Shown one piece after another: positions 14,763 through 30,163 of a DNA stretch of 64,000 nt; positions within the stretch are counted from its first letter, which is position 1, and each line of letters begins with the position of its first letter. The notes beneath the pieces are model-generated. The model was not told where the DNA came from. It made no database searches and saw only the letters and a list, made by a program, of their open reading frames with translations. Source of the stretch: the human T2T-CHM13v2.0 reference genome, Homo sapiens; assembly GCF_009914755.1 (NCBI RefSeq), contig NC_060926.1, one strand, 5' to 3'. The position numbers were made by a program, and so were the translations under genes.

Positions 14763-14866
14763 AATATGGAACACTTCACAAATTTGCATGTCATCCTTGC
14801 ACAGGGGCCAGGCTAGTCTTCTCTATATCATTCCAATTGTAATATATGTGCTGTCGAAGTAAGCAC
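14763..14866 (-). pseudogene. U6 snRNA retropseudogene with degenerate poly(A) tail (14727-14762) and TSD
   Basis: reverse complement GTGCTTACTTCGACAGCACATATATTACAATTGGAATGATATAGAGAAGACTAGC...TTCCATATT is full-length U6; TSD tacaattcacctt / taaaattcacctt. Confidence 0.93.
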
Positions 14867-15159
14867 TAAAATTCACCTTCTAAAAGTGTAGAATTGGCTG
14901 GGTTTTTAGTGTATTCACAAAGTTGTGCCACATCTCCACTATGTAATTTCAGAACATCTTCATAACCTCCAAAAAGAAATCTATTAGCAGACACTCCCTG
15001 TTAACACCATTAGTCTCGGAGTTGGCAGGCCCACCCAGTGGGTTCTGCCGGGAGCCCTCAGGCAAAGACTCCCAGATGCTTGCTGTTGGAAGCCCCTGAA
15101 AGGGCATGCATGGGAATGGTGAGTATGGAGGGATACTGGCAGGGCACCTAATGCATCTG

Positions 15160-15530
15160 CTACATAGGGCTTCGATGTCTGTCTTACAGATCTGCATCTC
15201 TCTCCTTGATCTTTCTATAAGCACCTGAGTGTCCCACAGAAAGACCACAAATTCCAAGTGTCCCTAATTGAACTCATCTTTTCCTTGTAACCTGTTCCTC
15301 TTCCTATATTTCCAATCTTAGTGCATGGTACCACCGTCTATTTATCCAAGACAGAACCCACTAAGTCAGCCTAAACTCTTTTCCCTTGTTCTCTAGATCT
15401 AATTGGTGACCAAGTCCCATCAATTTCATACCATTATGTTTCTTGTATGGTATCTCTTTTCTTCTTTTCCACTGTCTCCTAGTTCAGGCCTTAAATAGCC
15501 CTCACCTGGTCCACTGAAATGATGTTCTAA
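15160..15530 (+). mobile_element. L2 LINE fragment
   Basis: L2 3'-region-like motifs (gaactcatctttt, ctagttcaggcc...ctcacctgg). Confidence 0.55.
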
Positions 15531-16309
15531 GGTTTCCTACCTCAAATATTCTCTTCTGTTAATTTTAAGAATTGATACATGTGGTGATAGCTGTCTCCCC
15601 TCTGCTACCTGATAAGTACTTCCAATATTCATTCACTTCAAGTTTCTCCTCTGTAAGACCTTCCCTGTCCACTCCAGGTCATATGGGAATCATTATTCCT
15701 TTCTTTGTGCTCCTGGCATGTTCCTTCATAGCACCTGTGACACTGTATTGCGCAACTATTTATCTTACTAAACCACATGCTTCTGGAGCGCCGAAGCCAT
15801 AGTTAATTTATCCATATATCCATTGCAGAGTGCCTTGAACAGTATTAATGCTCCACTGACATGGTTGAGTGTTAGAGGTTTGGGAATCATTGCATAGGGT
15901 AGAGAATGAAACTATGGGAAGGGATGAAATTTCCCTTAGGGAAGTCCAGGAGCAGGAATTACATTTGTTGAGATCCTACTCCGCTGAAGGAAGCGGGACT
16001 TTAGGTTTGGCCCCAGAGACTCTGCACTTTCCACTAATTACATACAGACTGAAGAAGGTCCGTTCTATTTGGCAATTACAAGTTAGTTTGTTAATTCTGA
16101 TGAGAGAAGTCAGGAGAAGATTGAGGGCCAAAGCCAGACTGCAGTGAATTGATGGGGTAATTTTTAGATGAGAAGAGGACATAGAGAGTACGCTGGTGAT
16201 TTTCAGATTTTCAGATATCAATAACCCATAAATTTGTTTAAAAATGGAGACTAAGCAAGTTGCCAACTTCTTGTTTTACCAATTAAGAACACTGAAGCAA
16301 AGCAACACT

Positions 16310-17075
16310 TCAGCATCACTAATCATTAGGGAAATGCAAATCAAAACCACAGTGAGATATCTCCTCACATTCATAAGGATAGCTACTGTGAAAAAAAGAC
16401 AGAAAACAACAGGTGTTAGCAAAGATGTAGGGAGATTGAAACTCTTAGGCACTGTTGGTGGGAATGTGAAATGGTGCAGCTGCTATGGTGATTCCTCAAA
16501 AAATTCAAAGTAAGGTTACCATATGATTCGGCAATTCTACTTCTGGGTGTATATCTAAAAGAATCGAAGGCAGGGTCTTGAAGAGATATTTATACACAAA
16601 TCTCCATAGAAGCATTATTAGGAATAGCCAAAAGGTGGAAGCAACCCAAGTGTCCATCAACAGATGGGTGGATAAGCAAAATGTGGTATACACATAAAAC
16701 AGAATATTATTCAGCCTTAAAAAGGAAGGAAATTCTGAGACATGCTATACCATGGGTGAACCTTCAAGACATTATGTTAAGTGAAATAAGACAGTTTCAG
16801 AAAGACAAATACTGTATAATTCCACTTATGTGAGGTATGTCCTTAGAATAGTCAAATTCACAGAGACAGAAAGAAGAATGGTGGTTGCTAGAGGCTGGGG
16901 GGAAGAGAGAATGTAGAGGTATTGTTTAATGGGTGCAGTTTCAGTTTTGCAACATGAAAATAATTCTAGAGGTGGATTGTAGTGATGGTTGCAGAAAAAT
17001 GTAAATGTGTTTAATGAACTGAATGTATTTAATGTTAAGATGGCAAATTTTATGTTGTATGTATTTTACCACAAT
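16310..17075 (+). mobile_element. L1M (L1MB-like) 3' end
   Basis: catcactaatcattagggaaatgcaaatcaaaaccacagtgagat... ORF2 end plus 3' UTR. Confidence 0.9.
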
Positions 17076-17753
17076 GAAACAACAAGAGAGCAAGACAATA
17101 AAAGACAAACCCAAGAACCTACAACTGATTATTCCCAAATATGGAGGAAGAATGTAAGATCAAAGATCAGACTTTGATTAAATATAATTGCCTTATTAAC
17201 AACATTTTAAAAAATGTTCTCCTTTTGCAACAAACTGAGCAAGCATAATCATGGACAGGCATTAATATGGAACTGGCATTTGGGAACTAATGGTGTAGAT
17301 TACATTAAAAAATGGAAGTGAAGGGAAAGAGTAATAATTAAAGGAGATATCAGGGTCAAGGGAAGATCATTGTCTGCTTGTCGTTAGCCTACTGGTTAGG
17401 CTGTACATTACATACTGTAATGAATCAAATATTTCTCCATATTTGTGGCAGGCACTAGGTTTTATAATCATAAGGTATGTGTTTTTAGACACAACATTTT
17501 TCAAGAACTTACTATACTACCAGGTGCCTGCCATTTAAGGATTATATTATCATAATTTTTTTACACCTGCAAAGGATATGCTAAAGATGTGTGCATGTGT
17601 GTACTATAAAATAATAGTATTCTGTAGCTATCTGCATAATTGAATAAAGATTAACATGTAATTGTAGCACACAGAGAAGTTTTATAATTAGGCTATTGTC
17701 TATCCACTTTACCAGGTTTCCCTCATATTTTCAGTCTCTAAAAATCACGAATA

Positions 17754-18088
<335 letters not shown>

Positions 18089-18094
18089 TCAATC

Positions 18095-18392
18095 TTTTTT
18101 TTTTTTTTTGAGATGGAGTCTCGCTCTGTAGCCCAGGCTAGAATGCAGTGGCACGATCTTCGCTCACTACAGCCTCCGTCTCCCAGGTTCAAATGATTCT
18201 CCTGCCTCAGCCTCCTGAGTAGCTGGGATTATAGGCATGCGCCATTACACCCGGCTAATTTTTATATTTTTGGAAGAGACGGGGGTCTCACCATTTTAGC
18301 CACGCTGGTCTTGAACTCCTGACCTCAAATGATCCGCCTGCCTCGGTCTCCCAAAGTTCTGGGATTACAGGTGTAAGCCACCATGCCTGGCC
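18095..18392 (-). mobile_element. Alu (AluS)
   Basis: full dimer with poly(T). Confidence 0.95.
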
Positions 18393-20208
18393 TATGGCTT
18401 TGTCTTTAATGTCATTTATTTCCTGTCTGAGACATTAGTTTGTTTCTCTAATTGATGGTCATTTTCTCTAATCAAAGAATAGAATCAAGAGAAGACCATT
18501 TTGCCTCAGAGTGGAATGAAGATGTACAGTTCTCTTATGGCCCCTCCTTTTTGCTTATGAAATTTCCTTTTGGTCCCCTTTCTAAAATTACTACTGTGCT
18601 TCTTCCTGATTGTAATACAGATCTAACACTGTTAGAAGAAAATTTTTTGGAGGACGAAACAAAGATATTATAAAAGGCAATTAATCTCTTTTCCTTTCTC
18701 ACAGAGCTGTAAATTCAAACTTTAGTGTTCTGCATAATAGGTATGTGATTTACTGAGGGAAGACCATAAAAGATCAAGGTTTGGGCAGTAACAGAAGGGG
18801 ATTAGTCTTACTAAAATTCTATGCTAAGTAATTTAATCTTCTTTTTTAGGGAAATTTAGATATACTCTTGGCCTGGTGCTACTAATCATGAGCTCTGTTG
18901 AAATGCTTTCCCAAACATTAAAATTGAGGATGGATTAGTTCATCTAATTTACTATAATCTGAACAATAGCATATATGTGAACCGTAGTGTTGAAAGGATT
19001 TTTTATGATCACAATCTGTACTAAGTATTACTAAAACATTCAAAATACTTTGTGAATGTTTTCACGTATAAAAATAAAACGAACAGCATAAATTCATTCT
19101 AAATTTAAGCAAAAGTTAGATATTTATAGGAGCATATGTAGTTTTAGGGCCGAATTTGAGTTATGGTGTTACGTTGCAACTTTCTACTGTTATTATTGTT
19201 AATAGCTATGTGTGGCATAGCCAACTTGTTTTTTAAATAACTGTTGCTATTTTCTGTGAATGTGTCATTTTTATTTGCTTAATTAATGTTCTATTTTGGA
19301 CCCTGTGGAAAGAGGTTTTAGAGCCTTTCTTCCTCTTACTTGACACTGATGGGCCTAAGCTGAGTCTTAAAAGCAAACTTTTTCGTGTTGTTTGTTTGGT
19401 AAGACTTGAAAATTACTCTTAGAATGACTGTTCTTTCATGAAAAGCCAGAAAGAGACTAATTAACAAGCACAATTAACATTATAAGATTGAGAGAAAGGA
19501 TGCTTTTTCAGTTGTCTGATAACAGTCTGTGTAGCCTGATCAGTAGGAAAATATCACAATTTCATATCTTTAAAACATGGATAAGTAGAATATAACACTG
19601 CAGAAAATCCACAAATGACCCCAGAGCAAAAGACAACTGAGTGGCTTCGTCTTGACTTTAGGTTATATTAGTTTACATTTTGGCATTTAATTTTTTTGAA
19701 AAAAATTTCCCTTTCCCCCTTCTACTAATAGATATGATATTAGATATATGATTAAAGGAGACAAAAATACAAAAATGAATATTGTACTTAAAATCTAGAG
19801 ATAAAATACTTTCAATGGTATCTGATTTTAACTTCAGTAAAAGCTTTCCTCAGCTTATTGAAAGTTAGATTTTAATAGCTACTTAAATTTTCTCCTCTGA
19901 AACTATAAAAGCCTGTAGGGTAGAGTAAAAGTACACTGCCTGCAAATGAATCAGCTTTGCATGGCTTTGAACAGATGACTTAACCTTGTACCTTAACTTT
20001 TTTATCATTAACAATGAGGATAATAACAATAATAATATCTCTCATCATACTTATTTATAGAATTAGGTCTTAAAAACACATTATTGACACACTTAACATC
20101 TCTGATCATATTTTTAACCTACACCATAAAAATTTAGTAACTCTGAATGAAAAATTCTTGAACTAACAGCTTTTTACCTTTCATGTTCTATCATTAATAT
20201 GTTGCAGA

Positions 20209-20547
20209 AGGCCGGGTGCGGTGGCTCATACCTGTAATTTCAGCACTTTGGGAGGCCAAGGTGGGTGGATTGCTTGAAGTTAGGAGATCGAGATCAGCCT
20301 GGCTAACATGGTGAAACCCTGTCTCTACTAAAAATACAAAAATTAGCTTGGTGTGGTGTTGCACGCACACCTGTAGTCCCAGCTGCTCAAGAGGCTAATG
20401 TGTGAGAATCACTTGAATCCTGGAGGCGGAGGTTGCACTGAGCCAAGATCGTGCAGCAGTCTGGGTGCTGGGTGTAGCACTATGCTACAGCCTGGGTGAC
20501 AGAGCAAGAAACTGTCTCAAAAAAAATATATATATATATATATATAT
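20209..20547 (+). mobile_element. Alu with internal insertion and (TA)n tail
   Basis: Alu dimer. Confidence 0.92.
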
Positions 20548-20796
20548 GAAATTGGTGCTTTATCTTATCTGATCCCACAAGATGGAAAAATTAAACATAG
20601 ATGAAATTTTTTGAATAAAATGTCAACATGTATGCCTCTATAAATATACAGACTTAAACATTATATGCATGGATGCTTCCTGTAACGATCAGTTGTTTGT
20701 AACTTCACATCATAGGCAGTTTAGGTACTGTGTAGATCAGTGCTGTCTATTCTGTGAGCTGTAAAGAATGAATTTTGTGTGTGAGTCTTTGTCTTT

Positions 20797-21294
20797 TGCT
20801 GGGCTAGGTGCCAGAGCTCCGGCATTGGAAGGTGGTTGACTTGCAGATTGGTGAGAAGAATTTACTGACAACAGTATAGGTTTGAAAAGGAAAGTTTTAC
20901 TAGATAGAAAGAAAGCTGCAAAAGAATGCAGCAGGGCACCTCAGCAAGGGAGGAATTGTGGTGGATTTTCCCTTAGGCGTGTTTATGAACCTTAAAGCGG
21001 GAGTTTAATGGTAATTTGGACCCTATTAGCCACATAGGTCATGATAAATGGTTAAATTTGTAGGCATTTTGGTGCCTTGATGTCAGCAAGTGTTGCACAA
21101 TGAGTTTCAACATACATACATTCTGGAGATGTATGGAAATTCTAGTTACTTATAAATTTTTGAGAAAGAAGCCTGGAACCAGATGCCCGCTTTAGATAAC
21201 AGGGAAGTCTAATTACTTCTAAATTCCTCAGACGAGGAGTTTTTTCCTCTGGATGGCTGGCTTGACGGTCACCAGGTGACCTCCACTCTCTTCA
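20797..21294 (-). mobile_element. Solo ERV LTR (probably ERV1/MER4-group; family uncertain)
   Basis: TG...CA termini with 5-bp TSD TCTTT, ~500 bp. Confidence 0.75.
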
Positions 21295-22051
21295 TCTTTG
21301 ATTCTACTTCTCATCTCCTTGAGTGCACTGAAATTTCTTACTAGAGATTCATTTCTTTGGACCTTGAACACTTTTGGTTTTCAGAGCTCTCAGAGAAAAA
21401 CTGATCAAAAGTATGATAAATTATTAAATGGATAAAAGGAATTTTGTTTGAGGGGCATAATTAGTGTTTGTGAAAGGAATCAGGGTTTATGGGGACTGTT
21501 CCTCTGTCCTTCTTCGAGAGGACAGCGCATGTTATTTAATAGGACTGGGAAGTGAGAAGGCCAGAAAACCAAAGAAGAGGAACGTTTTTTTTCTCCTAGC
21601 TTTTATTGCCACCTTCACCCGACCTCTGATCTGGTGAAAGAAGTTGGGAATATTTACAGGAAATCTGGATTCCTGAGATTTCTAAGGAACACTAAAAATC
21701 TGACACTGGACTGCAGAGGCAAATATTTTAATTTTTCACTCTGCTATCGAAAGAGGTGGCGGACAGATTCAAACAAGAATATAATGTAGGACTCTTTACA
21801 TTCTGTGACTATTAAAGGAACAAAAGGCAGGGTGCTTCAGTACTAGACTTGCATGGGGCCAGAAAGTTGGGGGGTTTGAATTTAAGCTGCCTACTTCATA
21901 ATTTGTCTAAGGCTGGGCCACTTTCCCAATCTTTTTTGCTATTATCCTCAGGGCCTTATGAAATAACTACAATGCAACATGACTATTAATGTTATAGTTA
22001 ATCTGATTATATGATTTTTGCTGATGTATTTCTCAAAGTGTGTGACTTCAT

Positions 22052-22233
22052 GCAATGATTCTCAGCCGTGGCTGCACGTTAGAATCACCTGGGGAGCTTT
22101 TAAGCGATCTGACGCCCAGACCACACACCAGGCTAATCATATCAGAATCTCTGGGGGTGGAAGTCAGACATCACCATTTTCTAAAAAAGGCTTTCTAGAT
22201 AATTTCCATGTGTAGCTACAGTTGTGAGCATTG
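22052..22233. mobile_element. MER5-type hAT-Charlie MITE
   Basis: ttagaatcacctggggagcttt...atcagaatctctgggggtgg signature. Confidence 0.75.
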
Positions 22234-23261
22234 GTTTAATGTATTATCATCTGTCTCTCTCAAGTAGAATGGTTTTAACATAGTGATTCTCTAATGTTTT
22301 GGTCTCAGAACTCCTTGCATTAGTAACAGTAATTGAGGACCACAAATAGCTTTCATTTATGTGGACCATGTCTATCAATATTTATTGTATTGAAAATTAG
22401 AACAGGCATTTTACAAATACTTAATTATGGATTTATTTTAAAAGAATAAAGTCATTGCATCTAAAGACACATGTTTTATGAAAAAATACATTTTCCAAAG
22501 TAAAAAGAGTTTAGTGAGAAGATTGGCATTTAAAAAAATCTCTTTAATTTCTGACTTTTTAGATGACAACTGGATTCCCATATTTGCTTATGCATTCCAC
22601 CTGTTGTGATATATTATTTTGGCTGAAGTACATGAAGAAAATTTGACCCCACACGGACATGTAGTAGGAAAAAGGAAGAGTATTTTAATAGCCTCTTCAG
22701 ATAACTGTGGATAATCTCCTTCATTATTAAATCAAAACATAACAAATGATAGTGTCATAAAAGGTACAACTTAAAATCTGCTTCTAAATACATGTTTTTA
22801 TTCCATTACATTAAAATCCACTGGGTGTCTCTTATACTTTGAGTGGAACTTTTCTTTGTGACTTTGTAACATGATGAATTGAACATTTGGAAAATATTGC
22901 TTCACTGAGTTATGCAGATATTCCAAATGTTGAGCATTTCATTATATATAATAAATAATCACATTTGTTAAAATCACCAATTTTGTCATAAAAGTTGTTG
23001 CATATCAGGAAACTATCAAGCTTATGGTAGCAGATACAAGTTATCCAAAATTCCAATTTTTACTGCAAAGATCCAATTTTATCACTGGCAACAAACAGTG
23101 TCAGTTATTTTCCTTCAAGGGATAGGCGCACTTTATTCATCTTCAAATGTCTGCCAAATATCCAAGTCTGAATAATCATAATTTATCAGTCATTGTTCTT
23201 TCAATTAAATTGGAATTTCATGAAAAAAGTAGCAAGTTCACTATGCTTCTCTCTCTCTCTC

Positions 23262-23551
<290 letters not shown>

Positions 23552-23749
23552 CACTATACTTCTGAAACAACGGTACAAATGCTTTTCTTTGAGACAATTG
23601 CCCTTTGGTGTGCAGCAGAAGTGTTTGATTTCTACGTCTTATTTTCCCATGTGAGTATAAAGAGCTGCATACTCTCAATTTGTGCTTCCAGTTAAGATGG
23701 AACTGGATTTGTCATCCCACCTAAAATATATTAAAAATGACATTCACAA

Positions 23750-23769
23750 TGGATTGGATAAAGAAAACG

Positions 23770-23808
<39 letters not shown>

Positions 23809-24160
23809 CACACACACACCCTGGAATACTACCAGCAATTAAAAATAACAAAATTTTGTCTTTTGTAACAACATGGATGGAACTGGAGGCCATTATCTTT
23901 AGTGAAACAGCTCAACTAGCACATGTTCTCACTTATAAGTGGAAGCTAAATAATGTGTACACAATGACATGAAGAGCTGAATAATAGACATTGGAGACTT
24001 GGAAGGGTGGGAGGGTAGGAGGGATGAGAAATTACCTGATGGGTAAATGTATACTATGTTTTCAGGTGATGCTTACACTAAAAGCCCAGACTTGCCCACT
24101 ATGCAGTATATCCATGTACCAAAACTGCTCCTGTACTCTCTAAGTGTATAAAAATTTTTA
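23750..24160 (+). mobile_element. L1MA-like 3' fragment containing (CA)n at 23771-23819
   Basis: acatggatggaactggaggccattatc...gtaccaaaactgc. Confidence 0.82.
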
Positions 24161-24540
24161 AAATGATGCTTAAATATTGGAAAAGAGGTATCACAGGAAA
24201 GTGGTGAGAAAAGGGAAAATGAAATGAGATGAGCCTGATGTTTTCTCCAGCTTACTTCTTTGAGAGTTTCCAGGATGCAGTGCAGGTAGGAGGAGTCCAC
24301 ACAGAGCTGGTGGTCTCCATGAGATGAAAACGCAGACGTGAGGAGCTCTCTCTCCTCCTGTACTCTGTCCTGCTAGATTTAAAATCTAGCTTCATGGAGA
24401 GACAGCTTCAGAAGGCAGTAAAACAACAATTTTATTACTTCATCAATGACATTCTTAAGTGAAACTGGCTCTTTTTCTTTTCTTTTATCGTCCTCTTCTT
24501 TTTTTTTTTCTTTATGCGTGGCAGTGAAAAATACTAAGAT

Positions 24541-24875
<335 letters not shown>

Positions 24876-25684
24876 TCAATAGTACAGTTTTGTGTCCTGT
24901 ATTGACAGTTGCTAAGGTGCCAGCATTTTTACCCATCATTGCTTTTGCAACATCAGTGCAAAGTCTATACAGTAGAAAAAATGAATCTTGTTTTGGTATT
25001 ATTATAAAAGTTGATTTGACTTTGGAGACAGCCAAGAGGGTCTTGGGGAATCCCCAGTATCCATGGACCACACTTTTGAAAACTATTGTTTTAATAGAAC
25101 CTTCTGGTCATTACTACTTTGATCTAATGGCGCCACTTTAAAGGTGGGACTGGGTGTAGGAACATCCTGCCATGGCAGCTTCATGGAGAAGATCTGTTTT
25201 GGCAATTGGGTCCTTCATTTCCTTCACATCACAGTATGGAATCTATACTATAATGGAGGTAAAAATTTCTCCACTTGAGAACAGTGTTATCACTGTATAT
25301 ACAACACATTTTTTCCATGATGAAAAACAGGGTCTGAAACTTTAATTAAAATGGAAAAGTCATTAGTTATCTTCCATGGGAAGAGTTTGAAGAAAGGAAA
25401 AGTTGAAGTAGGGCAAAAATAGCAGATATAAGGTATTTCTAAACGTTTCCCAAATGAAGGAAGAGAGAAAAGAATGAGCGAAGGAAAGGAAAAGGGTATT
25501 TAGTGTGTAAGACACTAGAAAAGATATGCATAAGGAATGAAGTGATACATACATAGTGGTGTTGGATTTGTAGATTCTTGGAAAGTTGGCAGAAAAGCTT
25601 ACATGTAAAAAAAAAACCAATGTATTGAAATCAGTCTCACTAGCTATGTGGAATGTTTTAGATTTGTACCAGATACAATACGTT

Positions 25685-26078
25685 TGTGGTGGATACAGGA
25701 GATGCGCTGCCCAGATCTGCCCCCAGGGAAGGACCCTGCTCCAGCTGTTGGAGGCCGGCTGGCCCACAGCCTCTAGCAGTCAAGCTCTTTTGGCTGGAAA
25801 GCCGCTTGCAGGAAATCACTCCATGGAGGTGCAGAGATAAGGCCCCAGACATTTTGGCCCAGTATGGGACAACTTTGACCGTCTTTTTCAGCTTCAGGAC
25901 TCCCATGGAGTTGGGTGAGGTTGTTGGGCCCGCTTTGCTGCTAACTTCTCCCTCTGTTCTCTCCTGTTCCCCTTCTTCCTCCCACAGGGGTTTGTCCCAA
26001 GGGCACTCCCTAATACACATCCTGCATGTTAAACTCTTGTCTCAGAGTCTGCTTCCTGTAGATACCAAACTGTAAGAA
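25685..26078 (+). mobile_element. ERVL LTR (LTR16-like)
   Basis: tgtggtggatac...gcgctgcccagatc start and ctcagagtctgcttcc end. Confidence 0.6.
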
Positions 26079-27499
26079 CATCTTATTGACTTAAATATAA
26101 CCAAAATTGGAGAAACTTAGGAAACAAAATCATCATTACGTTATGTGCTGACATTTTAGCTTATTTCTATATTTCTTGTTTTGAATTGCTCATACTTAGC
26201 ATGATAGTACCTCTCACATTTTGTTTCATTTAGGTTTGCTATTTCCACGTTCTCTTTCTTATAGGAACCATATTGTGAAAAGACATAAAGGTAATAGGGT
26301 AAAAAAAAGCAAATAGGCTCTTTATTACCCAGCCACTCAGGAAATGCACTATTTCAAGGTTGACCCAGGCAGCAAGAGAGGAGCTGTATTGGGGAATGTG
26401 ACAGTGGTTTAGTTCTGAAACTGGAGCCAGTAGAAAGTTCTGAAGGGGGTCCGATGATCAGAACTGTCTGTGGGTTTAATAAAGGTGTATTTAATTTTAT
26501 TTAAGCCTGGAGATTTAAATTGTCACTCAAAACTCTCAGACATGAATAGGGTTAGCAAATCTGTACACCAGGAAAGGAGTTATTTACATCCTGTCTTCTC
26601 CTACAGCTCCAGAGGAGGGCAGAACAGTGTATTTCCAGGCAAGCCCTCTCTTTAAAAACTCATAGCCAAGGCTGGGAAGACAGAGTGAGTGGGTGGGCCT
26701 TCTGGCAGCTTCCTTACCTTCAAATCTTTGCTCTCTGTGAAATGGTTCTGCTTCAGTATCCTTGTTCTGATTTTTCTGGGAACTAGATGTTACTGGGAGA
26801 TGACTCAGAGCAGGCCAAGCCCTGATCCTCACTGTGGAAGCAAAAGAGGCTGGTGAAAGTCACTGTCCTGACAACTTGGACCAGAAACCTACAGACAAAA
26901 CTGAAATGTTTTCCTGCCCTAGGATTATCTGGATAACAATGACCTTTGATGTTACAAAGTAAATAGAATTGTGTTTGGCTTTTCCTTTTGGGGCCATGCC
27001 TTGGAGAAGATGACTCCTTCAGAGCCGCTGTGAATATTGTAGATCTCATTATTTCAGATAATTACTTTGACCATCCTTTTCAATTTGAGAGTATGATGTG
27101 AGGCAAGGCAACTATTTGTGAGAAAAAAGAGAAAAGGCAAAGATTCACTGTCATACTTTTGCTTGTGGGTTCCAGTCCAGGCTTTCTATGGGGGGTGGGG
27201 GGGTGTCTCAGTCTCCCCGTCTGTAAAATGGGATTAGTGGATTAAATCCGGGAAGGTTGGACAAGCACCTAGGACGGTGCCTGGTGCCGTGTTCAGCAGA
27301 CGTCGATTCCCTGTCCACCCCTTCTTTAGGAGCTGTGGGAAACACTTCATAACTCCCCAGGGTCTGGTGAACCCTTCCTCCCTTTTCTGTTCCCTGTTTT
27401 GGCATTGGAGATCATAAAAAGGCTCTTCCATGTCTCTTGCTTCCTTCCTTTCATCTTCTCCAAGAGAAGGAAGTGGCCGCCTTTGTTAGCTTGGGTTCA

Positions 27500-28275
27500 G
27501 AAGCTTGTGTCTGTCACCCAGGGCCGCCCAGCCCCGGGGTTTGCGAAGGTCCGGGGTAGGAGGGCTGCAGCCTGCGCGACGCGGCGGGAGGCTACCCGGA
27601 GGCGATGGGAAGGCGGGCGCAGTCGACCCAAGGGTGGAGAAGAGGGAAGGCGAAGGACGCGCGTTCCCGGGCTCGTGACCGCCAGCGGCCCGGGGAACCC
27701 GCTCCCAGACAGACTCGGAGAGATGGCAGGCGGAAGACACCGGCGCGTCGTGGGCACCCTCCACCTGCTGCTGCTGGTGGCCGCCCTGCCCTGGGCATCC
27801 AGGGGGGTCAGTCCGAGTGCCTCAGCCTGGCCAGAGGAGAAGGTGAGGGGCTGTTTCTGCGTAGTTGTACTTGAGCGGCTCTGGTCCGATGCGAGGACCC
27901 CTGGCCGGGTCAGCCCTACCTAGGCAGAGCGGGAGGCGGGGCAGGGCCACGGTCCCCAGCCCAGGCACCGGCGCCCCACCCGGCGCCCGGAGGAGTCGGG
28001 GCTCTGCATACTCGCCGGGGTGCCTCGGCCAGTCCGGGGCTGTTCTGGAGACGCCAGGGGGGCTGGGTGATGTCACTGGCCTCTCCTGGGCTGCGGTCTG
28101 ATGGGGGTGCTGATAGGCACAGGAAATGTGTCTCGCCGGCGGCTGCTGAGCCGGGAGGCGAGGGCGCATCGCGGCGCCACCCCCCACTCGGGACCCTCGA
28201 GGGCAACGGGGCCGGCGCTCCGGGGCCGCTAGGGTGCGGGGTGCGCCTGGGGGTGTGCCCACAGCCCCCCCGCTG
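27500..28275. promoter_or_regulatory. QPCT: QPCT CpG-island promoter and 5' UTR
   Basis: CpG-dense, GC-rich, no obvious TATA box; spans exon 1. Confidence 0.88.
27723..27842 (+). CDS. QPCT: QPCT coding exon 1 (aa 1-40, signal peptide MAGGRHRRVVGTLHLLLLVAALPWASRG...)
   Basis: ATG in GAGATGG context within a CpG island; translation matches the human glutaminyl cyclase N-terminus; AAG|GTGAGG donor at 27843. Confidence 0.98.
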
Positions 28276-28536
28276 CTTCATCCAAGGATGCTGCTGAAGT
28301 GTCCCTACAGTCTCAGGACGGATGTGTGTTGTTTGTTTTAGATTTTTAAAAGGAGCAACTCGGCAGGAAGGACCTTTACTGGAGACCTGCTTACTTCAAA
28401 AGCCTTTTTCCTCCACTTAAAAGAGGGTACCTGCTATTTTCAGAGAAAATGGATCTAGTTGTAGGTAGAAATCGCATATAAGGAACTTAGGATAAAAGTG
28501 ATTTGCAAGTTCCCTCTGTAAGAAGTATATGGGTTC

Positions 28537-28868
<332 letters not shown>

Positions 28869-30125
28869 TCACAATTACTTCCTTTTCTTGTGTAACAGTT
28901 TTGAAATCATGAAATTGCTAAGGGATTGTGCAAATATTAATGATGTCAGCATAAAATAGTATGTTATAGAGATATTAAGAAAAGCAGCAAAGTGAAGCGA
29001 TATAAACTTTGGCAGTGTTATTGAGCAGACCTTTTACACACTTAGAGTATGCCTGTATTTACTCAAATGTTTGAAATACAGGGCACACTGGTAAATGCCT
29101 ACTCCCACCCAGCTACATGCATATATATATGAATAGCCCATTTCAATTCTTCGGATCTAATGTAATCACCACTCAGGGGTCACAGCAGGCCCCACTTACA
29201 CATGGAGACCACAGGCCACAGGGAACCTGGTGGTAGTGAGGGAAGTCTGTAACATAAGAATAACTTTATTTTAAGGAAAACAACTTCCCATGGGGGCCCA
29301 TGAAGAAGAACGTGGAATGACACACAAAAAATCCTCTCCTTCTCTTCACTGAGAATACCCTTCTGGTCAGAAATTGGGAAGAGAACATTACAGACTAGAA
29401 TATGGAGCCACACCAAATGTATCTTTGCGATACATCTAAATGGAAGGGAATAAATGAGATGGAAACTGAACAAACCACTCTGAAAAGATCATTTGTAGGT
29501 GTGTGTAGGCAGGGGGTATTTATGGGTGGGAAAAGGTGCTGTGATTCTTAAAATATTTTAAACCAATGAGAATTTAACTTTTGAGAAACGTCTTTTAAAG
29601 CATGAATCCCTTTTATATTTATTTTAAGAAGCTTCTGATCACTGTTCCATTGAGAAACTGAATGTTTTCAAATCATTAAAAGCAAATGACAATCAGCCAT
29701 CACATTTCCCAGTTTCTAGCTTCCTCCCCTTATTCTGCAGACCTTCATAAAGTCTTGCAGCCTGGGTGATGAATCGGTCCACACTAAAATATGTGCCTTC
29801 CTACTTTTTATGGTGTTCGACTATTTTAATCATATGATGTATGTCTTTGGTACACTGGTCTGCTAACAGGTGAGGTGTGGTAAAGAAAGCATTGATTTTG
29901 AAATCCATTTCCTTCGTTTTGAAATAAAGATGTTTCTCTTTCAGTGGCTTTGAATATGTAAAAGCAGATCAACTCTAGTTTATGGTGGCATTCAGAGGCC
30001 ATGATTTGATTATGTATTTGAAACCTGGAAACAATTTTTCCATAGTAACAATATTATAAATTGTTAACCTCCCAGGTGGGCACACACCTGTGTATTTAGA
30101 GGCATTGGCATCTGGGTATGGGGTG

Positions 30126-30130
<5 letters not shown>

Positions 30131-30163
<33 letters not shown>

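Noticed and set aside
27399-27722. 108-codon in-frame extension upstream of the QPCT ATG
   Set aside because: No in-frame ATG, mostly upstream of the likely TSS, GC-rich; it would also bury the signal peptide
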